63,865 bases of DNA from Candidatus Brocadiia bacterium. Lineage in GTDB: Bacteria > Planctomycetota > Brocadiia > CAIUPP01. The notes below the pieces were generated by a model, which worked only from the letters and a program-made list of their open reading frames with translations, ran no database searches and had not been told where the DNA came from. The position numbers were made by a program, and so were the translations under genes. The stretch is taken from contig JBEKCB010000030.1 in assembly GCA_050015075.1 (NCBI GenBank), forward strand, positions 1-63,865. Reading direction: 5' to 3'. Below, in pieces: positions 51,164 through 60,728 of the stretch. Numbering within the stretch: position 1 is the stretch's first letter; every line of letters begins with the position of its first letter.

Positions 51164-51286
51164 GCGTCCTATTTCCGCAAGGAACCATGACCGCAATAAG
51201 CCGCGTCGTTATATCGAGTTATAGGTTCCGTTGGGCCGTGTTTAGTTGCGTAAATTGGTACGCCAATTCACGCAACTAAACACTAG
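51141..51286. mobile_element. Putative MITE/REPIN-like element with two long palindromes
   Basis: 17 bp perfect inverted repeat at 51148-51184 and 21 bp inverted repeat with one mismatch at 51238-51283. The outer ends CCAGTGCTTCCTTGCGGAAA and CTAGTGTTTAGTTGCGTGAA (reverse complement) match 14/20. Confidence 0.55.
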
Positions 51287-51296
51287 GTCGGATTGA

Positions 51297-53345
<2,049 letters not shown>

Positions 53346-53353
53346 TCGTCGGC

Positions 53354-53956
53354 CTACGGCCCGGTTTTTTCTCCACCGCAGACCAGGCTTCGGATGTAGA
53401 GGAGGAGATACCAGCGGTGCTCGGGAAGAACGGTGTACTCCAAAACGGGCATCCCGGCGGGCGGTTCGATCGCGGGCTGATGCCCGACGCCGGTGAGGAT
53501 GACGCGAAGGAGTTCGCCGTCTTTGAGAATCCGGACCTTCTTCGAGGACATGTCCGCCGCCGGGGAACTCTGGCCGGCCTGCGCGCTCGCGTCCGCGGTT
53601 TCGCCGTGGCAGCCGCGGCAGGAGCGCAGGTCCTTCGGGTGCGGCAGGAAGCTCTGGCCGACCGGGCCGTTCCCATCCGCGGCGTCGCCGTGGCAGGGAA
53701 GACAATAGTACTCGTAGTAGGTTCTTCCACGGGCGAGGTTCTCCGGAGTCGCGCGGAGCGGGTTCTGCGTCTCAGGTGACGGAATGCCCGCCGTCGGTCC
53801 AACCGGGACGACGCCGGCCGGGGGCAACGGGAAGCCGGCCTGGTAGGCGCGGATGTTCGGCTGCGACTTCATTTCAGGCCCGATCATGATCAGGCTGGTG
53901 AACACGCCGAGGATCGCCATGCCCAGGACGATGAAAAGTGCGATCCACTTCTTCAT
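53354..53956 (-). CDS. actE: ActE-like cytochrome c of alternative complex III, with two CxxCH motifs
   Basis: N-terminal TM anchor, MKSQP and NPL...ENLARG..YY..YCLPCHG..ADGNGPV ActE-like motifs, second motif CRGCH. Confidence 0.75.
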   Translation of the reverse strand: MKKWIALFIVLGMAILGVFTSLIMIGPEMKSQPNIRAYQAGFPLPPAGVVPVGPTAGIPSPETQNPLRATPENLARGRTYYEYYCLPCHGDAADGNGPVGQSFLPHPKDLRSCRGCHGETADASAQAGQSSPAADMSSKKVRILKDGELLRVILTGVGHQPAIEPPAGMPVLEYTVLPEHRWYLLLYIRSLVCGGEKTGP

Positions 53957-54240
53957 TTCGGTTGCCGTCCTTCGACATCGTCCGGCGCGGGCTTTCGGGG
54001 CTTCGCTTCCGGCAACGGCGCCACCTGCCGGGGCGGGAGCGCCTTCTCGGAAGCCTCTTCAGTCGAATAGATGGACTGGCTCGGCGCGTCGGGGAGCGTC
54101 CCGTAGTTCCAGTCGCGCGGCCCGTCCTTGACCAGCGCGTGAATCGCGAACCCCCACGCGAGGATGAAGGCGCACAGGAGCAACATGAGGGCCCAACTCC
54201 ACGTCGGGCTGATCTCGCGGTCTTCCTCGTACTCTTTCAT
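53953..54240 (-). CDS. Small single-TM membrane protein in the ACIII/cbb3 operon
   Basis: 95 aa, TM WSWALMLLLCAFILAWGFAIHALV, RBS GAGAGGG, 4 bp overlap with actE. Confidence 0.75.
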   Translation of the reverse strand: MKEYEEDREISPTWSWALMLLLCAFILAWGFAIHALVKDGPRDWNYGTLPDAPSQSIYSTEEASEKALPPRQVAPLPEAKPRKPAPDDVEGRQPK

Positions 54241-54268
54241 ACCCTCTCCGAGAGCGTTGCGCCGCGGC

Positions 54269-54523
54269 TCACCAGTTCGGCGGCCGCAGGGCCGCGCGGA
54301 CCGTGTACGCGACCATGAAGACCCCCGTGGCCCCGAATAACAGGATGAGCACCCACGGCATGAAGGAGCGCCGAGCCGGTTCCGCGCCTTCCGCCGCCGC
54401 TTCTTCCTCCTCGCGCGGCCGCCAGAGCGCCGTGAACAGGAGGATCATGGCGAACACGATCGCCGCGCCGCCGACGAGCGCGAAGATCAGCCATTGGTTC
54501 TGAAGGACGTCAAGGTGCAGCAT
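54269..54523 (-). CDS. Small two-TM membrane protein in the ACIII/cbb3 operon
   Basis: 84 aa, two hydrophobic helices separated by an acidic loop, RBS GGAGG, overlaps the ccoS 3' end. Confidence 0.75.
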   Translation of the reverse strand: MLHLDVLQNQWLIFALVGGAAIVFAMILLFTALWRPREEEEAAAEGAEPARRSFMPWVLILLFGATGVFMVAYTVRAALRPPNW

Positions 54524-54731
54524 GATGCGCCTCCGCCGCTCGATGCTCCCGGCGCTCCGCGGGTTCGGGAATTCCGCTCTTCAGCGGCAGATACCGCGCT
54601 TCGTCCTGGTTGGAGAACTGCTTCGACCGCGCCGCCCAGACGAGCGCCGCCGCCATCGCCGCCAGCGCCACGCTCGTCATCGTGACAAAGAGGATGAGCA
54701 ACGCGGTTGCACTGAGAGTCTCCACGGTCAT
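54510..54731 (-). CDS. ccoS: cbb3-type oxidase assembly protein CcoS/FixS
   Basis: MTVETLS...ALVWAARSKQFSNQDEARYLPL matches the CcoS WA.(R/K)SGQF.D motif; ATGA overlap with ccoO. Confidence 0.8.
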   Translation of the reverse strand: MTVETLSATALLILFVTMTSVALAAMAAALVWAARSKQFSNQDEARYLPLKSGIPEPAERREHRAAEAHHAAP

Positions 54732-55738
54732 GGCCCCCCTGTCGAAGCCGGCGCGCCGGACTTGTCCGGCGGGCGATAGGTGTTCTTCCACTCCGGTTCG
54801 TATGCCGCCGGGATGCCGCGCGGCTCGATGGTGGCGTCCGTGTAGCCCAGGAACGTCACGGCCACGTAGTTTGCCACGTCCCAGATTTTCTCCGACTCGA
54901 GTTCGCGCTTGAAATACGGCATCGCGGTCCCGGTAATGCCGTTCATGATCTGGTAATAGAAAATGCCGCCGATGTACTTTCCGTCCACCAGGCGCCCGCG
55001 CAGCGTGGTGAAGTTCAACGGCGGCGGATGGAGGTATTTCTTCGCCGGCCCTTCGCCGTCGCCGACGGGACCGTGACAGTTGATGCAGAACTGCTGGTAG
55101 ATGCGGTGTCCGCGCGCGAGGTCCGCCTCGGTGGCCGGGTACGGATTCGGCATCGCCCGCCAGACCGCCGGCACGTGGTCGTGGAGCCATGCGACGTTCT
55201 TCTCCGGTCCCGCGTCATAGGCCGCCAGCGCCGGCGGTTTCCATTCCGCCATCTGCCGCTTCACGCGCCGGTCGGCGTCCTGGCCGCCGAGCGACTGAAC
55301 ATAGGCGACGAGTTCGCCGATGGCCTCCGGGCCGAGAAATTCCCACGACGGCATGAGCGACATCGGCCGCGTGTAGCGCGGGTTCGTGAAATGCGCGATC
55401 TGCCAATCGTCGGGATGCTCGCCGCCGGCCTCGGAGAGGTCGGGCCCGACGCGCTCGGTGCCGAGGATCGCGGGCGTGTAGCCGACGTAATCGCCCTTCT
55501 GCGCGATGCGCTCGGAGCCGAGGTCGGAATCCACCACGCGGACATACTGCGAATGGCAGTAGCTGCACCCGTTCCGGACGTAAAGATCGTGGCCGGCGGC
55601 TTCCTTCGCGCTCCATGGCCGCCAGAGTTCGGACGGTCTCTCGTTGATGGTCATGGCGGGAAGGACGATGGCGATGATGACCGAACACCAGAACACCATC
55701 AGGCTGCCGATCACGACGAGCGCGGGAGTCATCTTCAT
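54728..55738 (-). CDS. ccoO: cbb3-type oxidase subunit II (CcoO) fused to a second cytochrome c domain
   Basis: YVRNGCSYCHSQYVR, GTERVGPDL, PMSLMP (CcoO), then CINCHG...GTAMPYF. Confidence 0.9.
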   Translation of the reverse strand: MKMTPALVVIGSLMVFWCSVIIAIVLPAMTINERPSELWRPWSAKEAAGHDLYVRNGCSYCHSQYVRVVDSDLGSERIAQKGDYVGYTPAILGTERVGPDLSEAGGEHPDDWQIAHFTNPRYTRPMSLMPSWEFLGPEAIGELVAYVQSLGGQDADRRVKRQMAEWKPPALAAYDAGPEKNVAWLHDHVPAVWRAMPNPYPATEADLARGHRIYQQFCINCHGPVGDGEGPAKKYLHPPPLNFTTLRGRLVDGKYIGGIFYYQIMNGITGTAMPYFKRELESEKIWDVANYVAVTFLGYTDATIEPRGIPAAYEPEWKNTYRPPDKSGAPASTGGP

Positions 55739-57123
55739 GATTTTGCACCGCCCTCCGGCATCGAGGCCACGAACGGTTCGCCGCGCCTCACGGTCAGGAC
55801 CGCGTTGCACAGTCCGATCACCGCGCCGGCGATGATGAACAGGCCCAGCAGCGCCCGGAGCACCATGAAGATCGCAATCTGCGGCAGGGTCTTATAAACG
55901 CCTTCGCCCTGGTACCACGCGGAGCCCTGGATCAGCCCGGCCGTGGTCAGCACGGCGAAGAACCCCACGAGCCCGAACAGGATCAGCGCGAATTGAAGAT
56001 GGACGAGCCGGCTCGAGTAGAGCCGCCGTCCCGTCGCGAGCGGCAGCACATGCCACATGCCGCCGAGCGCCAGGAACCCGGCGAACCCGAGCACGGCGAT
56101 GTGCGAGTGCCCGATCACCCAGTTGGTGAAATGCGTGATCTTCTGGACGCTCGGCAGCGACTGCAGCGGCCCCTGCGTGCATACGATCAGGTACCAGATC
56201 GTGCCGGCGATGACGAACCGCCCTGCCGGGTCGGACCACAGGAGGCCCTCCCGCCCGCGCGCGGTCATCCACAAGTTCACGAGCACGATGGCGACGGGCA
56301 GGATCATCGCCATCGAGTCCACGGTCGAAATCGCCTTCAGCCAGTTGGGGATCGGCGCCTGGAGGATGTGATGGCCGCCGATGTGCGCGTAGAGGGCGAT
56401 CAGGATCCAGAAACCGAGCAGCGAAAGCGTGTGCGAATAGAGCGGCGTCTTCGTCACGCGCGGGATCGTATAGTAGGCCACCGCCAGCGCCAGCGGCGTC
56501 AGCAGCAGCCCGACGATGTTGTGCCCGTAGAACCACAGGATGATGGAATCCATCAGGCCGGGCACAGCGCCGGTGGCCGGATGCCACATGACATTGCCGA
56601 TCGGGTATACGCACGCGGTCCAGAGCACCGCACCGAGGACATACCAGACCGAGACGTAGAGCGTGTTCTCCCGCCGGTTCGCGACGGTCATGACCAGGTT
56701 GACCACCAGACCCACGAGCGCCAGCACGATGCACATTTTCAAGGGCCATGGGTACTCCGCGTACTCGCGTCCCTGCGAGATGCCGTAAGCGAAAGCCACC
56801 GGTCCGCAGAGCACTGCCAGCGTCCAAAAGCAGAAGCTGAACCAGCCGAGCCGCTCCGACCAGAGCGGCGTCCGCAGCAGCGCCGGGACGATGTACAGCG
56901 CGCAGCCGAGCAGCGTCGAGCACACGAAGCCGAAGAGGACGGTGTTGACGTGCATCGGGCGCGTGCGTCCGAAAACGAGAAAGAAGATGTTGTTGAAGAA
57001 CTCCGGCGCCGCCAGGTGAATCGCCGCAATGAGCCCGTAGAGCGTGCCGACGAGGAGCCACGCCGAGCCCGCGATCATGAACGCCACCGCCGCGCTGTTC
57101 GTCTTGCGTGTGAAATCCGGCAT
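55735..57123 (-). CDS. ccoN: cbb3-type (C-family) heme-copper oxidase subunit I
   Basis: FGRTRPMHVN, GREYAEYP, WFYGHNIVG, LYAHIGGHHIL, HFTNWVIGHSH: all six His ligands and the helix VII Tyr are present. Confidence 0.92.
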   Translation of the reverse strand: MPDFTRKTNSAAVAFMIAGSAWLLVGTLYGLIAAIHLAAPEFFNNIFFLVFGRTRPMHVNTVLFGFVCSTLLGCALYIVPALLRTPLWSERLGWFSFCFWTLAVLCGPVAFAYGISQGREYAEYPWPLKMCIVLALVGLVVNLVMTVANRRENTLYVSVWYVLGAVLWTACVYPIGNVMWHPATGAVPGLMDSIILWFYGHNIVGLLLTPLALAVAYYTIPRVTKTPLYSHTLSLLGFWILIALYAHIGGHHILQAPIPNWLKAISTVDSMAMILPVAIVLVNLWMTARGREGLLWSDPAGRFVIAGTIWYLIVCTQGPLQSLPSVQKITHFTNWVIGHSHIAVLGFAGFLALGGMWHVLPLATGRRLYSSRLVHLQFALILFGLVGFFAVLTTAGLIQGSAWYQGEGVYKTLPQIAIFMVLRALLGLFIIAGAVIGLCNAVLTVRRGEPFVASMPEGGAKS

Positions 57124-57140
57124 CGCGCGCGCACCTTCCT

Positions 57141-57689
57141 CTACCGGTGACAGATCAGGCAATCGTGCGAAAAACCGTTATCGCGGTGGCATTGTACGCA
57201 GAATCCCATCTGGAAGTCATGCACCAGCCACACGCGGTCCATGCCGGCCACGTCGCCGTGACAGCGGCCGCAGTCGAAGCCCGCGCGGACGTGCGCGGAG
57301 TGATCGAAATATACGAAATCCGGCAGATCGTTCACCCGCGCCCATTTTACCGGCTTGCCCGCGTCATAGTAAGCGCGAAGCTTGACGATTTCCGGGTGGT
57401 CTACGATGATTCGGCTGTGGCAGAGCAGGCACGTCTCGAGCGGCGGCACGCCGGAGCGCGGGGTATTCATCGCGCCCGGATGGCAGAAGAAGCAACTGAT
57501 CTGCTTGGTCCCCGCGTGGAGCCGATGGCTGAAATGGATCGGCTGCTCCGGGCCGATCTTCCTGGGATAGTATAAAAAGTAACCCCACGCCGCCGCCGCG
57601 ACGGACAGGACCGCCGCCGCTGCCAGGATAAGTTCCGTCCGCCGCAGTTTCCGCCAGCGGCTTCGAACCTGGCTGGAAAGGTCCGTCAT
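57141..57689 (-). CDS. actA: ActA-like membrane-anchored pentaheme cytochrome c
   Basis: TM anchor, PEQPIHFSHRLHAG, five CxxCH motifs (CFFCH, CLLCH, CGRCH, CVQCH, CLICH), LPDFVYFDHSAH. Confidence 0.9.
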   Translation of the reverse strand: MTDLSSQVRSRWRKLRRTELILAAAAVLSVAAAAWGYFLYYPRKIGPEQPIHFSHRLHAGTKQISCFFCHPGAMNTPRSGVPPLETCLLCHSRIIVDHPEIVKLRAYYDAGKPVKWARVNDLPDFVYFDHSAHVRAGFDCGRCHGDVAGMDRVWLVHDFQMGFCVQCHRDNGFSHDCLICHR

Positions 57690-58795
57690 GCTGTCTCCTC
57701 CGCCGGAGCGGGCTCTTCGATCTCGCTCACGACCGGCGGCGCGCTCCGCAGGAAGCACTCGATCCCGAGCGCCAGCGCCGCCGCGAAAGCCGCCGTGATG
57801 AACGCCTCGGTCCAGCCGATGACCAGCTCGCCGCCGAGCGTCGGCGTCACCAGCCACCAGCGCTCCACCCATAACCCGACCAGCACCGCCAGCGCGAACG
57901 CGCCGAGGAATTTCGGCGTCCGCTTCGACCAGCGCGTCAGCAGAATCGCCAGCGGGCCGAGATAGACCACCGCCAGCAACGCCGCGCTCACCCAGCCCCA
58001 GCGCTCGAATTGCAGGCGCGGCACGACGTAGCGGACCTCGTTCGGAAAGTTCTCATACCACAGCGGCAGAAGCTGAGAGAACATCATGTACACCGTCAGC
58101 AGGCTGAACGCGACCATCAGCTTCCCCAGGTCGTGCAGCCGCTCCTTGTCCGGGGCTTCGAAGCGCAGCGCCACGATCAGCGTCCACGCGGCCAGCGCCG
58201 CATAAAGGCCCGAGACGAAGAAGTAGCCGCCGAACAGCGTGCTGAACCAGTGCGGGTCGAGCGCCATGACCATGTCGAAGCCGACCAGTGTGAAGACGAC
58301 GCAATACGCGAACGCGACGCAGCACGCCAGCGCGACTGGGCGCGCGCGCTGCCTCCGCGCCACAAACCACGCCGCCAGGGCCCACAGGACCACCAGCGCC
58401 GCGCCGTCGCGGGCGAACAGAAACGGGGTGTTGAGCCATGCCGCATTCGGCAGGTGCTTGTACCGCATCCAGCCGGCCCAGTGCGCCCTGCCGAACCAGA
58501 GCGCCGCGAACGTGAGCAACGAGACTGGGGCGAATGCGACGCCGGCCAGCGCGGGCTGCTCGATCGTCCTCGCCCATCGCCCGCGCGAGCCCATCACGGC
58601 GGCCGGCCAGACCACCATTCCCGCCGCGAGCGGCGTGAAGTAGATGAAGTTAATGAGCAGCGCCCGCCAGGCCCGCTCGGCGTCGGCGGTCGCCGCGCAG
58701 ACGATCCAGCCCGCCAAGCCGGCCACGAATATGGCCGCCCAGAGAACTAGCCGGGCCGACCGCGCGCCGCCTGCCTCCGCGCTCAAGTTCGCCAT
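57686..58795 (-). CDS. actF: ActF-like NrfD/PsrC-related membrane subunit of alternative complex III
   Basis: ~10 TM helices, WLNTPF, DMVMALDPHWFSTLFG, LHDLGKL, FSQLL..WY.N.P.E. Confidence 0.88.
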   Translation of the reverse strand: MANLSAEAGGARSARLVLWAAIFVAGLAGWIVCAATADAERAWRALLINFIYFTPLAAGMVVWPAAVMGSRGRWARTIEQPALAGVAFAPVSLLTFAALWFGRAHWAGWMRYKHLPNAAWLNTPFLFARDGAALVVLWALAAWFVARRQRARPVALACCVAFAYCVVFTLVGFDMVMALDPHWFSTLFGGYFFVSGLYAALAAWTLIVALRFEAPDKERLHDLGKLMVAFSLLTVYMMFSQLLPLWYENFPNEVRYVVPRLQFERWGWVSAALLAVVYLGPLAILLTRWSKRTPKFLGAFALAVLVGLWVERWWLVTPTLGGELVIGWTEAFITAAFAAALALGIECFLRSAPPVVSEIEEPAPAEETA

Positions 58796-58811
58796 GTCGC
58801 CGCTTCCGGTT

Positions 58812-60689
58812 TCATCGAACCTCGCGAATCTCCTCGGCCTGCACCCCGGACAAAATCGCCCGCGCCGCGGCCATTCGCTCCGGCCCGCACGCCACGAACA
58901 GGCCGTAACGGTCCTGCGAAAAGCGCCGGTCGTATGCCCGCGGTAATTGGCTCCGGCCCAGGCGCGTGTATGAAAGCACGCCGATCAGGTTCCCGATCGT
59001 CCCGAGCAGGATTAGGCCTTCGAACCCGATGATGCAGTATGGGATGAGCGAAACGGGATGCTTCGCGCCGACGATCAGCCCGTTGACCAACGCCGCGCCG
59101 ATCGCCAGCGCGAACCCGCCGGCCAGGCCGCACAACGCGCCGGCGAGCGTGCAGTATCGCACCGGGCTCGGCCCGCGACCCATGATCTTCTCCGCCTCGC
59201 GCAGCCGGATGGGCGAATAGGTCTCGACCTGGTCGAAGCCCGATTCGCGCGCCTTCGCCAGCGCTTCCAGCAGCGGCGCGCGCTGCTCGAAGACCGCCAG
59301 CACTCCCGGCCCGGCACGGTCCAGCCGCTTCACCGGCCGCGCGTCGGTCTCGAGTTCGGTGTACCGCTCGATTCCGTCCGCCTGGTCCTCCTTGACGTCG
59401 CTGATCGAGATCGTCGGCGCTACCCGGGTGAAAATGAAAAAACAGAAGAGGAAGAACGCGAACGAGCCGAGGGTGATGGAGATCTCCACCGGCCGCGGCG
59501 CATACGCGTGCCAGTTGTGCGGCAGGAAGTCGTGCGAGGTCGAGCCGGCGATGATCACCAGCCGTTCGAGCCACATGCCGATGTTGACGAGGATCGAGAC
59601 GACCAGCAGCGCCGGGATGCTCCGCCGCAGGCGCTTCCACAGGAACGCGAGCGGCGCAAGGACGTTGCAGATCGGCAGCGCCCAGAACAGCGGCGCTATC
59701 CAGCCGGTGGCCCGCCAGAAGGCGAACTGCCGCTCGTACAGGTCGCCGGAATACCAGGACATGAACGGCTCGATCACGTAGGCATAACCGACGATGAGCG
59801 CGGTGACGACCATCGTCAGCGCGACCGCCTCGAAGTGGTCCACGGTCATGACGCGATCCAGCCGGAGCAGCCGGCGCATCGGGATCAGCAGCGTCAGGAC
59901 CATCGCCAGGCCGGAGTGGATCGCGCCGGCGACGAAGTACGGGGCGAAAATCGTCGTGTGCCAGCCGGGCAGGTTGGCCATCGCAAAATCCCAGGAGACC
60001 ACCGAATGGACCGAGATCACCAGCGGCGTCGCCAGCGCGGCGAAGAAGAGGTAGCCGCGGCCGTGATGCCGCCACTGGTTTCCGCTGCCGCTCCATCCGA
60101 GCGCGGACGCGCGGTAGAGCCGCGTGCGCGGATGGTCCGCACCGGCCGTCAACTCCCATCGGTCGCGCGCCGCCGCCAGGTCCGGGATGATGCCGACGTA
60201 CCAGAAGATGATGCTGACGGTCAGGTAGGTGCTCACCGCGCACACGTCCCAGACCAGCGGGCTGATGAAGTTCGGCCAGAGCTGCCGCTCCGACGGATAC
60301 GGGATGATGAAATAGAACACCCAGACCCGCCCGAGATGGATCAGCGGGAAGAGCCCGGCGGTCATCACGGCGAAGATGGTCATCGCCTCGGCCGAGCGCG
60401 AGATCGCCGTGCGCCAGCGCGCGCGGACCAGGTGCAGGATCGCCGAGATCAGCGTGCCCGCGTGGCCGATCCCGATCCAGAAGACGAAGTTCGTGATGTA
60501 CACCGCCCAGCCGACCGGGATGCTCAGCCCGGTCACGCCCATGCCCATCTTGACCTGGTAAACCCAGCAGGTGGCGCCCCACGCGATGACGAAGGCCAGC
60601 ACGGCCAGCACGCCGTAATACAGCCGGCGCGGCGGCTTCAGCGGCTCCAGCACCGTCTCGGTAATCTGGCCGAATGTGAGCGTGGCCAA
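58812..60689 (-). CDS. actC: ActC (NrfD-type quinol-oxidising subunit) fused to ActD (DUF3341-like)
   Basis: NFVFWIGIGHAGTLISA, HLGR.W, SPLVWD, LVISVHSVVSWDFA, GWHTTIFAPYFVAGAIHSG, then C-terminal GVLAVFE...ETYSPI plus 2 TM helices typical of ActD. Confidence 0.92.
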   Translation of the reverse strand: MATLTFGQITETVLEPLKPPRRLYYGVLAVLAFVIAWGATCWVYQVKMGMGVTGLSIPVGWAVYITNFVFWIGIGHAGTLISAILHLVRARWRTAISRSAEAMTIFAVMTAGLFPLIHLGRVWVFYFIIPYPSERQLWPNFISPLVWDVCAVSTYLTVSIIFWYVGIIPDLAAARDRWELTAGADHPRTRLYRASALGWSGSGNQWRHHGRGYLFFAALATPLVISVHSVVSWDFAMANLPGWHTTIFAPYFVAGAIHSGLAMVLTLLIPMRRLLRLDRVMTVDHFEAVALTMVVTALIVGYAYVIEPFMSWYSGDLYERQFAFWRATGWIAPLFWALPICNVLAPLAFLWKRLRRSIPALLVVSILVNIGMWLERLVIIAGSTSHDFLPHNWHAYAPRPVEISITLGSFAFFLFCFFIFTRVAPTISISDVKEDQADGIERYTELETDARPVKRLDRAGPGVLAVFEQRAPLLEALAKARESGFDQVETYSPIRLREAEKIMGRGPSPVRYCTLAGALCGLAGGFALAIGAALVNGLIVGAKHPVSLIPYCIIGFEGLILLGTIGNLIGVLSYTRLGRSQLPRAYDRRFSQDRYGLFVACGPERMAAARAILSGVQAEEIREVR

Positions 60690-60728
60690 ACGGCGTCTCC
60701 TGTTGCGCGTCCGGCGGCGGCCCGGCCG

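Noticed and set aside
55735-57123. Nitric oxide reductase (NorB) assignment
   Set aside because: It has the helix VII Tyr and the WxYGHNxVG motif without the NOR Glu after the helix VI His, and ccoO, ccoS and a Cu ATPase are adjacent. This supports a Cu-containing C-family oxidase.
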